DNA from: Promethearchaeota archaeon
Lineage (GTDB): Archaea; Asgardarchaeota; Lokiarchaeia; Sigyniarchaeales; SOKP01
Assembly (NCBI GenBank): GCA_048938445.1
Contig: JBHLME010000133.1
Coordinates: forward strand, 1 to 12,380
Direction of reading: 5' to 3'
Length of the DNA: 12,380 bases
The notes under the pieces are model-generated. The model saw only the letters and a program-made list of their open reading frames with translations, had not been told where the DNA came from and did not search any database. The stretch's first letter is position 1. Each line of letters starts with the position of its first letter. Of the stretch, positions 1 through 7,933 are shown in pieces. The translations under genes and the position numbers were made by a program.

Positions 1-115
1 TCTTTTGATATTTTTTCATAATCAGATTAAGAATGAAATTATCGACAGTATCTGAAAAAATTAAACATTTTTAAATATCAAAATACAAAAATACCTAAAA
101 AAAATTACAATTAAA

Positions 116-2443
116 ATGCCAAAGAAAAAAAATAAAATTCCTATATGTGTAGATCCAAACTGCTACTCTTCAATTAATAATAATTCAACCTATGAAAATA
201 CTAATAAATTATCTCCTTTACAATTTAACAAAAAGAGAGAAGAGCAAGATATAAAGAGTAGTTTTTCAATTAGAAATACATTAAATAAAGATTATGTTAA
301 TCAAGTGTTTTTTGCTGTAAAAAAAATCATTTCAAGTAATTCAATTATTATCCACCATAAAGAGCAAGAAGTAATAAGAAAAGTAAAAAAAATATTAAAT
401 GATGCTTTAAAAAAAGGATTAACATATCAAGATCTAAGACCAAGTAGAAATCCTTGTTTTTTTGCTTTAACCTTATGTTATTATGCTCTATTATTATTAG
501 GTGTTAGAAAATACAATCATAATAAGATAAATGCTAGAATGATATTAAGAAATTCAAAATTAGATTCTAAGAAAATAGGTTTATATTCAATTACTTTTCC
601 AGATCAAGAAGAACTTATATTAAATATAAATAGAACAGAAACAGCTTATTTTTTTAATTTTCTCTCAATTGAAGATCAAAAAAATATCCCTGATTCATTC
701 AAACCGAAAATAAGAAAAGATGTTAAAGAAAGGTTAAATAATTTTGAAAATCTCTTAATAAAATCAATAAAAGAATATAGTAAGTTATTTCAGTACTCCG
801 AATTCATTTCAGATATGGCTATTTCTATATATAATGATGGAATACAAGGAAATAAGAAATTTAAACCATCATTATTACCAAAAGGGTTTCGTGGGGCTGA
901 GAATCTTGCAATTACTTTATTATTTTATTCAATAAAGCATAAAAGTTATCCTATTAATACTTTCAAGAGAGGTTATTTAATAAAAGACTTCTTTAATAAT
1001 TTTTTTAACAAAAAAGATTCTTCTCTTGTTAGGCAATTACTTCCAATATTTTATAAATTTTTATCTGATAATTTGAAGGATAAGATATATTATCGTCCGA
1101 TTCAGAGAAATGTACATCTATCCAAAGAAAAATTTGAAATTCACCTAAAAAAAATGCTTATGAAATTTTCTAACATCTTTAATTTAAAAAATTTAACCTC
1201 ATATGCATTAAGCTTATATAACAAAGCTGTTAGAAATGGTTTTACTTATTTAGATTTAAGTATACAAAATCCAACTCACTTGGCATCTGCATTAATTTAT
1301 TTTATTACAAATGATAATCAGAAAATAAAAAAATTAAGCATTAGAAATATAACAGATAAATTAAGAGAAATTGGATATTCAGTTGATGAAAAATATTTAA
1401 ACGATATTATAGATAAAATCTATTACTATATAAGTACTTCTATCTCAATGCCTCACAAGCAGTTTATAAAAAGGGACATTTTCATTAATGAGTTAGAGAA
1501 AATCAAAACTACTCATAAGTCTTATAATAGAATAATTAATTTTCTTCTTTTAAAATTTATATTGTTATTATTTAAAAGCTTCAAAGGTAATCCATCTTTA
1601 TTTATTGAAAAACTTGGGATCGAAAGAGATCCTCAGGCTTTAATTAGAACTTTAAAATTCAACAACATTTATGTAAAAGTCAATGTTTTAGAAAAAGTCA
1701 TAATAGCATTTCGAGAATTTATATATAATGAAATAGATGATTTTGAACAGCAAAAAAATTTAAACGAACTTTTAGAAGAATATTATTATGAAAAACAACA
1801 ATCTAGAACAGAAACACAGAAAAAAAGAAACTTAAAGGCACGAGAAAGAATCTCTAATTATGGTAATTATTATAAATCAACTAAAATAAGAATCAAACGC
1901 TTCATTCTTATGTTAGGTTTTAGTCCTTATGATGGATATGATCTATGGAAGAATAAGACAAAATATAAGGATAAATTCAGGATCTGGGCTAATTTTCATC
2001 ATATTCATTATAATTCTAATGATGAATCTCAAGATGATCTTATATTTCTACCTCTCGTTCACCCTGATGATATTGGAAAAGATTATTATTATCTAACTCA
2101 TAATAAAGTGAGTAATTTTGAATCCATACTTGTGAAAGAAGATATATCCGATCAAATAAAATCCATGACTCAAATTAAATTGGAAAATATTAAAAATAGA
2201 ATAATAAAAAATAGTAATATTATTTTGAATGCAATTATAACTATTAATCCTGAAATTTTAAATGATCTAAAAGGTTGGGATAAATCATCAATTATTATGG
2301 CAAAAAAACGGTTAATTGACACTGAATTTTTATGGATTGCTGGGATAGAGCAATATATTCCAGCTTATTATAAACACAAAAAAATTGATATCAATAATAT
2401 TATGAATATTATTGATGAAATCCAACAAATGAGAATAAATTAA
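116..2443 (+). CDS. Hypothetical 775-aa protein: three TFIIB-like (cyclin-fold) helical repeats plus a putative C-terminal HNH-type nuclease domain
   Basis: Long ORF from ATG to TAA. Internal repeats at about aa 60-190, 210-325 and 340-441 (VKKILNDALKKGLTYQDL..RNPCFFALTLCYY / AISIYNDG..RGAENLAITLLFY / ALSLYNKAVRNGFTYLDL..QNPTHLASALIYF). HNH-like segment GFSPYDG...FHHIHYN.NDE..DDLIFL...H at about aa 600-662. The ORF is secure; the domain calls are by eye. Confidence 0.6.
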   Translation: MPKKKNKIPICVDPNCYSSINNNSTYENTNKLSPLQFNKKREEQDIKSSFSIRNTLNKDYVNQVFFAVKKIISSNSIIIHHKEQEVIRKVKKILNDALKKGLTYQDLRPSRNPCFFALTLCYYALLLLGVRKYNHNKINARMILRNSKLDSKKIGLYSITFPDQEELILNINRTETAYFFNFLSIEDQKNIPDSFKPKIRKDVKERLNNFENLLIKSIKEYSKLFQYSEFISDMAISIYNDGIQGNKKFKPSLLPKGFRGAENLAITLLFYSIKHKSYPINTFKRGYLIKDFFNNFFNKKDSSLVRQLLPIFYKFLSDNLKDKIYYRPIQRNVHLSKEKFEIHLKKMLMKFSNIFNLKNLTSYALSLYNKAVRNGFTYLDLSIQNPTHLASALIYFITNDNQKIKKLSIRNITDKLREIGYSVDEKYLNDIIDKIYYYISTSISMPHKQFIKRDIFINELEKIKTTHKSYNRIINFLLLKFILLLFKSFKGNPSLFIEKLGIERDPQALIRTLKFNNIYVKVNVLEKVIIAFREFIYNEIDDFEQQKNLNELLEEYYYEKQQSRTETQKKRNLKARERISNYGNYYKSTKIRIKRFILMLGFSPYDGYDLWKNKTKYKDKFRIWANFHHIHYNSNDESQDDLIFLPLVHPDDIGKDYYYLTHNKVSNFESILVKEDISDQIKSMTQIKLENIKNRIIKNSNIILNAIITINPEILNDLKGWDKSSIIMAKKRLIDTEFLWIAGIEQYIPAYYKHKKIDINNIMNIIDEIQQMRIN

Positions 2444-2508
2444 TATTAATACATCGTTATAAAAATTCAATAGAAAATATTTTTTGCTTACCTTAGTGTT
2501 ATATTTTT

Positions 2509-3375
2509 ATGAATCAATACATAATTACTGGTCATACAAAAACATTATGTTTAATTGGACATCCAGTTGAACATTCTTTTAGCCCGATAATGCATAATGC
2601 CCAAATTCAAGAATTAGGTTTGGATTACGTATATATTGCCTTTGATGTACATCCAGATGATTTAAAAGCTGCAATTGATGGATTGAGGGCTTTAGACATT
2701 AAAGGAATGAATGTAACAATACCTCATAAAGAAGCAGTCATGAAATATCTTGATGAAATTGAACCAATGGCTGAGAAAATTGGTGCAATTAATACTATAA
2801 AAAATGAAAGTGGACATTTAATTGCAAGAAATACAGATGCAGGGGGTGCAAAAAAATCGTTACTAGATGCAGGATGTAAAATTGACGGGAAAAAGATTTT
2901 ATGCTTGGGAGCTGGAGGAGTTTCAAGAGCACTATGCTTTATTCTTTCAGAAGAAGCTGAAAAAATCGTTTTAACTGACATCTATGAAGAAAGAGCTAAA
3001 AAATTAGCAAATGAAATAAGAGAAAAATTAAATGTTAATATAGAAGGTAAAAAAAGTAATGAAAATTTACTCAAAGAAGAAATTAAAAATGCAGATATTC
3101 TAATTAATGGAACTCCTGTAGGAATGTACCCAAAAACTAATATATCCCCTATTTCTAGTAAGTTATTACATGAGGATCTATTTGTATTTGATGTCGTTTA
3201 TAATCCATTGGAAACCCAATTAATGAAAGACGCATCAGAAATTGGGTGTAAAACACTTGGGGGATTAGATATGCTGGTCAATCAAGGTGTTCTTGCTTTT
3301 GAATGGTGGACGGGAAAAACTCCCAATAGTGAGCTAATGAAAAATAAAATAATTAAATTTCTTGGGATAAAGTGA
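2509..3375 (+). CDS. aroE: Shikimate dehydrogenase
   Basis: Motifs IGHPVEHSFSP, G.NVTIPHK, GAINT, NTD, the Rossmann GAGG, DVVYNP.ET and GLDMLVNQG are present; 288 aa. Confidence 0.95.
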   Translation: MNQYIITGHTKTLCLIGHPVEHSFSPIMHNAQIQELGLDYVYIAFDVHPDDLKAAIDGLRALDIKGMNVTIPHKEAVMKYLDEIEPMAEKIGAINTIKNESGHLIARNTDAGGAKKSLLDAGCKIDGKKILCLGAGGVSRALCFILSEEAEKIVLTDIYEERAKKLANEIREKLNVNIEGKKSNENLLKEEIKNADILINGTPVGMYPKTNISPISSKLLHEDLFVFDVVYNPLETQLMKDASEIGCKTLGGLDMLVNQGVLAFEWWTGKTPNSELMKNKIIKFLGIK

Positions 3376-4583
3376 TGTCTCCAAATCAAAAACCGATAGT
3401 TTCAATAGCTCGCAATAATGACCTTGTCACAGCAGTTAATACTGCTCTTGACCAAATCGAGTTACCCGATTTTTCAGGGAAAACTGTTTTATTAAAACCA
3501 AATGTTGGTAGGGAAGCAGATCCTAAATTGGGGATTAATACCAATCCAGAAGTTATTGAGGCTGTCTTCAAGTATTTGAAAAAAAGGTTTAAAGCCAACT
3601 ATTTAATTGGAGATTCTCCAATTATAAATACTGATACATTAAAGGCATTTCAACAATCAGGTTATACTGATTTAATAAAAGAAAATGATCTGAAATTTAT
3701 AGATTTAGATGAAAGAGCACCTAAAGAATTGGATATTCCTGATGGAAAGATCTTAAAAAAAATAAAAGTAACTGGATATTGGGATGAAATCGATGCAATA
3801 ATTTCCATTCCATGTTTAAAAATGCACATGCATTGTGGAGCCTCTTTAAGTTTTAAAAATCTGAAAGGATTAATATATAAAAGAGAAAAGATAAAACTCC
3901 ATCATTATCAAGCACCAGATATTATTAAAAAATATTATAATCAACAAAAACAAATTAAAGAATTAGATATTGCAATCTCAGATCTCGCATATATTTTTCA
4001 ACCAGCCTTAGTTATAATTGACGCTTCCTATGCTCATGAAGGAATGGGCCCATCATCTGGTAATCCTGTAAAGATGGATACGATTATTGCCTCAAAAGAT
4101 TATCTTGCTGCGGATATAATAGCTCTTGCGTTAACTCAGCCCAATTGGACGTTAGAAGATGTGCCTCATTTAAAATTTATTTCAGAAATATTGCCAAAAT
4201 CGCCAAAAAGCCGTAAAGATATTATCACCATACCTGAAAATATTGAAAAATTTATAAATCCAATCGAACCGCCTCCAACTTCAATCAATATAAAATATGA
4301 AAACGTAAATCTCATCTCAGAGCAATCTTGCTCGGCATGTTTATCAACAATTTTCAATTTATTAAAAAATAATAAGGAGTTTATAGATAGTCATTTTTCC
4401 CTTGAAAAACCTTTGAATTTAGCAATAGGAAAAGGAATAAAACAATCTGATCTATATATGGAAACATATCTTATTGGAAATTGTACAGCTAACCAAAAAA
4501 ACGAAGGAATATTTATTCAGGGGTGTACCCCTGTTGAATCGGAAATAATTCATAGAATTAAAAAGAATTTAAATATTGATTAA
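3372..4583 (+). CDS. DUF362 domain protein with a C-terminal Cys-containing (putative Fe-S) domain
   Basis: VLLKPN, T.PEV, K.H...ASLSFKNLKG and IID...A.EG.GP..G are typical DUF362 motifs. The C-terminus has CSAC...IGNC...GCTP. The start (GTG 3372 or ATG 3375) overlaps the aroE TGA (TGATG), suggesting translational coupling. Confidence 0.8.
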   Translation: MMSPNQKPIVSIARNNDLVTAVNTALDQIELPDFSGKTVLLKPNVGREADPKLGINTNPEVIEAVFKYLKKRFKANYLIGDSPIINTDTLKAFQQSGYTDLIKENDLKFIDLDERAPKELDIPDGKILKKIKVTGYWDEIDAIISIPCLKMHMHCGASLSFKNLKGLIYKREKIKLHHYQAPDIIKKYYNQQKQIKELDIAISDLAYIFQPALVIIDASYAHEGMGPSSGNPVKMDTIIASKDYLAADIIALALTQPNWTLEDVPHLKFISEILPKSPKSRKDIITIPENIEKFINPIEPPPTSINIKYENVNLISEQSCSACLSTIFNLLKNNKEFIDSHFSLEKPLNLAIGKGIKQSDLYMETYLIGNCTANQKNEGIFIQGCTPVESEIIHRIKKNLNID

Positions 4584-4600
4584 AAATAGAAAAAATAAAC

Positions 4601-4978
4601 TTATTCAACGTTGGTACCACAATAAGGGCAAAATTTTCCTACCCTTTCGAGTTTAACTCCACAATTCAAACAATAATTTGCTCCTTCTTCATTTTCTTGT
4701 TCATATAATTGAACCACTTGAACTTGAGAACCTATATGATATGGATTTGTTATTAATTGAGTTGTTGATTCCTTAATACCTTCTAAACGGCATATACTAT
4801 TACAATGCACACATCGATTTTCAGGATTATTAAAATATATTATAAAATAGATTAGTATTCCGATTCCTGCAGTAAAAATTGCTAGTATAATCACGAGACA
4901 CCAATTTATTTCTTCTCTTCTGACTAATACATTCGTCTTACAGTGAGGACAATATAAAGTTGTCATTTTTTTATTCAT
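4601..4978 (-). CDS. LITAF-like zinc-binding membrane protein with C-terminal zinc ribbon (paralog 1)
   Basis: CPHC, then a hydrophobic stretch WCLVIILAIFTAGIGILIYFIIYF, then RCVHC, then a Q/E-rich linker and CLNC-x10-CPYC. Confidence 0.75.
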   Translation of the reverse strand: MNKKMTTLYCPHCKTNVLVRREEINWCLVIILAIFTAGIGILIYFIIYFNNPENRCVHCNSICRLEGIKESTTQLITNPYHIGSQVQVVQLYEQENEEGANYCLNCGVKLERVGKFCPYCGTNVE

Positions 4979-5032
4979 ACCCTTTTTTATTATATAAGTT
5001 TGGTCTTAATTATAAAATTATAATTACCTAAT

Positions 5033-5043
5033 AAAAAAAAAAA
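5033..5043 (-). terminator. Putative archaeal oligo-U terminator after LITAF-like paralog 2
   Basis: A11 run on the + strand (T11 on -), about 65 nt downstream of the stop at 5108 and upstream of a TTTTATAA box (5010-5017, - strand) for paralog 1. Confidence 0.4.
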
Positions 5044-5107
5044 GGAGTCCAATTTTTTAAAAAGAGAAGAACTAAAATTTTTGAATTTATTTGAAAATTA
5101 AAAGATG

Positions 5108-5470
5108 CTACTTTTTTGAACCGCAGTTTGGACAATAATTTTCTTCAGTGCTTAATTTATCTCCACAAAAGGCACAATATATAGGCTCATCAATTATTTG
5201 AATTTCTTCTTGAGACGGTTGAGAACTTACTGGTTTTGGAATGCCCTTATTATGAACATTTTGTTGAGAATATTGAGAAGATTCTATTAATGTGATTCTA
5301 TTTCCACAATGTATACATCTATCCTCTGGTTTGCTATAATAAACTGCAAGATAAATGATAAAACCTATACCTGCTGTAAAAAGGAGCAATATAATTGCTA
5401 AACAAACATCAAACTCCTCGCGACGGAGCAATACGTTTTGATTACAATGATGACAAAAACCTGAAACCAT
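5108..5470 (-). CDS. LITAF-like zinc-binding membrane protein with C-terminal zinc ribbon (paralog 2)
   Basis: CHHC, then VCLAIILLLFTAGIGFIIYLAVYY, then RCIHC, then an S/Q/P linker and CAFC-x10-CPNC. Clearly similar to 4601..4978 (NVL.RREE, FTAGIG, PE.RC.HC). Strong SD upstream. Confidence 0.78.
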   Translation of the reverse strand: MVSGFCHHCNQNVLLRREEFDVCLAIILLLFTAGIGFIIYLAVYYSKPEDRCIHCGNRITLIESSQYSQQNVHNKGIPKPVSSQPSQEEIQIIDEPIYCAFCGDKLSTEENYCPNCGSKK

Positions 5471-5476
5471 TTTTTT

Positions 5477-5482
5477 CCTCCT
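5477..5482 (-). promoter_or_regulatory. Shine-Dalgarno AGGAGG of LITAF-like paralog 2
   Basis: cctcct on the + strand, 6 nt from the ATG at 5470. Confidence 0.8.
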
Positions 5483-5515
5483 TTATTGTATTGATATAAT
5501 TATTATTATATAATA

Positions 5516-5923
5516 TTATTCCTCATGTAAATGAATACCACAATAGGGACAAGTAAGGGATTTACTATCAATTTTCTCATGACAAAAGTTGCATAAAATA
5601 AATTCAGTTTTTTCACTTTCGATTTGTTGGATAATTCTATCTATTTGGCCTTTTGAACCTGGAAATTTATTAGGATTATCATAGAATTTTATCCTATTTA
5701 AACAGTATCCACAATATTTTTTTTTTTTGATATAAAAGTGATAAATTAAAAAAATTGGTAATATGAGACCTAAACTAGCTAATATTGCTATTATCCATAA
5801 ATGAAAGTAAAGATCACTCTCAATTCTTCTTCTGGGTTTCATTGGTTTACCGCAAGTTTTACAGAAAGGATAGAGTATTGTTTTCTTTTTTTTTATACTA
5901 ATTACAGCATCTTTTTTTTCCAT
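5516..5923 (-). CDS. LITAF-like zinc-binding membrane protein with C-terminal zinc ribbon (paralog 3, divergent)
   Basis: CKTC, then LWIIAILASLGLILPIFLIYHFY, then KKKKYCGYC, then a linker and CNFC-x10-CPYC. Same architecture as its neighbours, with basic flanks. Confidence 0.7.
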   Translation of the reverse strand: MEKKDAVISIKKKKTILYPFCKTCGKPMKPRRRIESDLYFHLWIIAILASLGLILPIFLIYHFYIKKKKYCGYCLNRIKFYDNPNKFPGSKGQIDRIIQQIESEKTEFILCNFCHEKIDSKSLTCPYCGIHLHEE

Positions 5924-5973
5924 TAAACTTTATAAAATAATATAATATAAAAAAACTATTCATGTAGAACAAA
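5924..5973. promoter_or_regulatory. Compact divergent promoter between LITAF-like paralog 3 and tmk
   Basis: 50-bp intergenic region with TTTATAAA at 5929-5936 and a minus-strand TTTATATT at about 5945-5952, roughly 25 nt from ATG 5923. Confidence 0.4.
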
Positions 5974-6573
5974 TTGAAACAAAAACCAATTTTCATTGTA
6001 TTAGATGGAATTGATGGATGTGGAAGTACTACTCACAGTAAAATTCTAAAAGGTTTTTTAGAAAATGAAGGGTTTAAAGTTCATTTGACTAAAGAGCCAT
6101 CTGATAATGAAATTGGAAAAATATTACGGATGTATTTAAAAAATAAGGAGATTCCTCCGACAACTGATGCATTAATGTTTGCTGCGGATCGAGATCTCCA
6201 TTACCATTCAGAAATAAAGAAAAAACTTGATGAGGGATGTATAGTTATTTCTGATAGATATATTGAATCTTCAATAGTTTACCAATCTGTTTCTTCAACA
6301 GAGATTTCAGTAAATTGGGTAAAAGAAATTAATAAATTTGCAGGAAAGCCTGACATTACGATTATACTTGACATTGATCCAAGAATTTCCTTAAAAAGAA
6401 AGTCTGATCAAAATTTAGAAAAATTTGAAGAAATATCCTTCTTGGATAAAGTCAGGGCACTTTATCTGTCTCGTGCTAAAGAAGAGGGATACGAGGTTAT
6501 TAATTCAGATGATATCATCGAACTTGTACAAGAAAAGATTCAAAAATTTATTACAGATAATTTAAAACAATGA
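5974..6573 (+). CDS. tmk: Thymidylate kinase (dTMP kinase)
   Basis: P-loop LDGIDGCGSTT, TKEP, LMFAADR..H, VISDRY..SSIVYQ and PD.TIILD; TTG start. Confidence 0.95.
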   Translation: MKQKPIFIVLDGIDGCGSTTHSKILKGFLENEGFKVHLTKEPSDNEIGKILRMYLKNKEIPPTTDALMFAADRDLHYHSEIKKKLDEGCIVISDRYIESSIVYQSVSSTEISVNWVKEINKFAGKPDITIILDIDPRISLKRKSDQNLEKFEEISFLDKVRALYLSRAKEEGYEVINSDDIIELVQEKIQKFITDNLKQ

Positions 6574-6625
6574 AATTTAAATACCTAAAGCTTGATTATG
6601 AGATTAGAATTAGAGGACCTTAAAA

Positions 6626-7912
6626 ATGAATTCTCTACAAGACCCATTTAATAAAGATAGACTGTTTAACTATGTAAAAACTTTTAGTTTTCCCAGACTC
6701 TCAGGAACTGAAGGCGAACAAAAAGCTGTAGAACTTACAATCAAAAATTTTAAAGATATAGGTTATAAAGATGATCAAATAATTCGCGAGCCTTTTCAAT
6801 TTTCTGACTTTTATTCTACTACTCTCGTACAATTAATAATGATAATGTGCTTAACTTTTTATCTTATTCTTTTAGTTGTAGCTTACATAGACACTATAAT
6901 TGCTATAATATTTATTACAATGATAGCTATCATAGTAATTCTAATAATAAGGGGTTTAAAACATCCTGAAACTGGTTTTTGGGGCGAATATTTTGGAAAG
7001 ACCTATTCCTCTACTAATGTTTTTGTTAAAATTCCTGCTAAAAAAAATAATCCTGGTAATGTAGGTGATCTTATCATTTCTGCTCATTTAGATTCTAAAT
7101 CTCAATCTTTTAAGACAGCTTGGCGCATTGTTTTATATCGTATTTGGTTATTTGGAAGCGTTTTGTTAGGTTCACTTTATATAGCATACATAATTCTTGG
7201 ATTTTTCTTATATAATCTTCGAAATTTTAACTTGGTATTTCAAATATTTATATGGTCTTCTACAGCGCTAGTTTCATTCTCTAATATTATGTTATTGTTT
7301 CTTACAACCCATAATAAATCACCTGGATCCTTAGATAATGCCACAGGAATGGCAATTGTATTTGAGTTAAGCTCTTATTTTAGGGATAATCCTTTAGAAA
7401 ACTTTAATTTATGGTTTTGTCAATTTTCAGCTGAAGAATTAGGTACAATGGGTTCGAGAATTTTTGTTAATGCACGTGAAGAAAATTTCAAAAAAGGTAA
7501 AATATTTCAAATTAATTTAGATATGATTTCATCAGCTAAGCACAGTGCAAAAAAAAATAATGTTGGTTATTTAAAATCATATGGAATTTTTCCTAGAAGA
7601 AATATTTCACCATTACTTGGTAAATTCTTGGATAAAGCTGCAATGGAAGAAAAGTTATTAATTGATGGCTTTCACTTATCTACGGGTGCACATACGGATT
7701 CTGTTCCATTTCATTTAAGAGGTTATGATGCAGTTGACATAACTACACGTTCTGCAGCATTATATACTCATGATATTACAGATACTCCAGATAAAGTTGA
7801 TCCACAAATTTTAAGTGATGCTTGTAAAATCGTATATCGGACGATTTTCAATCTTGATAAAGATTTTAAAATCTTATCAGATATCAAAACAGCGATTAAC
7901 AATGATAAATAA
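6626..7912 (+). CDS. M28-family (Zn) metallopeptidase with four predicted transmembrane segments
   Basis: PR.SGT.GE, SAHLD (H154/D156), GSLDNATG (D237), FSAEELG..GS (E270/E271), INLDM (D299), TDSVPF and H382-xxx-DT. Hydrophobic hairpins at about aa 67-108 and 168-226. GAGG SD-like sequence upstream. Confidence 0.85.
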   Translation: MNSLQDPFNKDRLFNYVKTFSFPRLSGTEGEQKAVELTIKNFKDIGYKDDQIIREPFQFSDFYSTTLVQLIMIMCLTFYLILLVVAYIDTIIAIIFITMIAIIVILIIRGLKHPETGFWGEYFGKTYSSTNVFVKIPAKKNNPGNVGDLIISAHLDSKSQSFKTAWRIVLYRIWLFGSVLLGSLYIAYIILGFFLYNLRNFNLVFQIFIWSSTALVSFSNIMLLFLTTHNKSPGSLDNATGMAIVFELSSYFRDNPLENFNLWFCQFSAEELGTMGSRIFVNAREENFKKGKIFQINLDMISSAKHSAKKNNVGYLKSYGIFPRRNISPLLGKFLDKAAMEEKLLIDGFHLSTGAHTDSVPFHLRGYDAVDITTRSAALYTHDITDTPDKVDPQILSDACKIVYRTIFNLDKDFKILSDIKTAINNDK

Positions 7913-7933
7913 AATATAATTTAATGCTTTTCT

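Noticed and set aside
1-19. Possible start of a minus-strand gene (ATG at 19; MKKYQK...) running off the window
   Set aside because: Only six codons are visible, so it cannot be supported.
146-163. CVDPNC near the N-terminus of the 775-aa protein as a TFB zinc ribbon
   Set aside because: Only one Cys pair, with the wrong spacing and no second CxxC.
2439-2450. Palindrome ATTAATATTAAT at the end of the 775-aa gene as a mobile-element end
   Set aside because: AT-only in a very AT-rich context, and no matching copy was found at the 5' flank.
2724-2981. 85-aa minus-strand ORF
   Set aside because: Antisense shadow of aroE with no motifs.
3386-4357. 70-aa and 63-aa minus-strand ORFs
   Set aside because: Antisense shadows inside the DUF362 gene.
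6571-6588. Selenocysteine/readthrough at the TGA stop of tmk (the aroE TGA was also considered)
   Set aside because: Both proteins are full length at the TGA; tmk readthrough hits TAA after four codons; no Cys-equivalent context or SECIS-like hairpin was seen.
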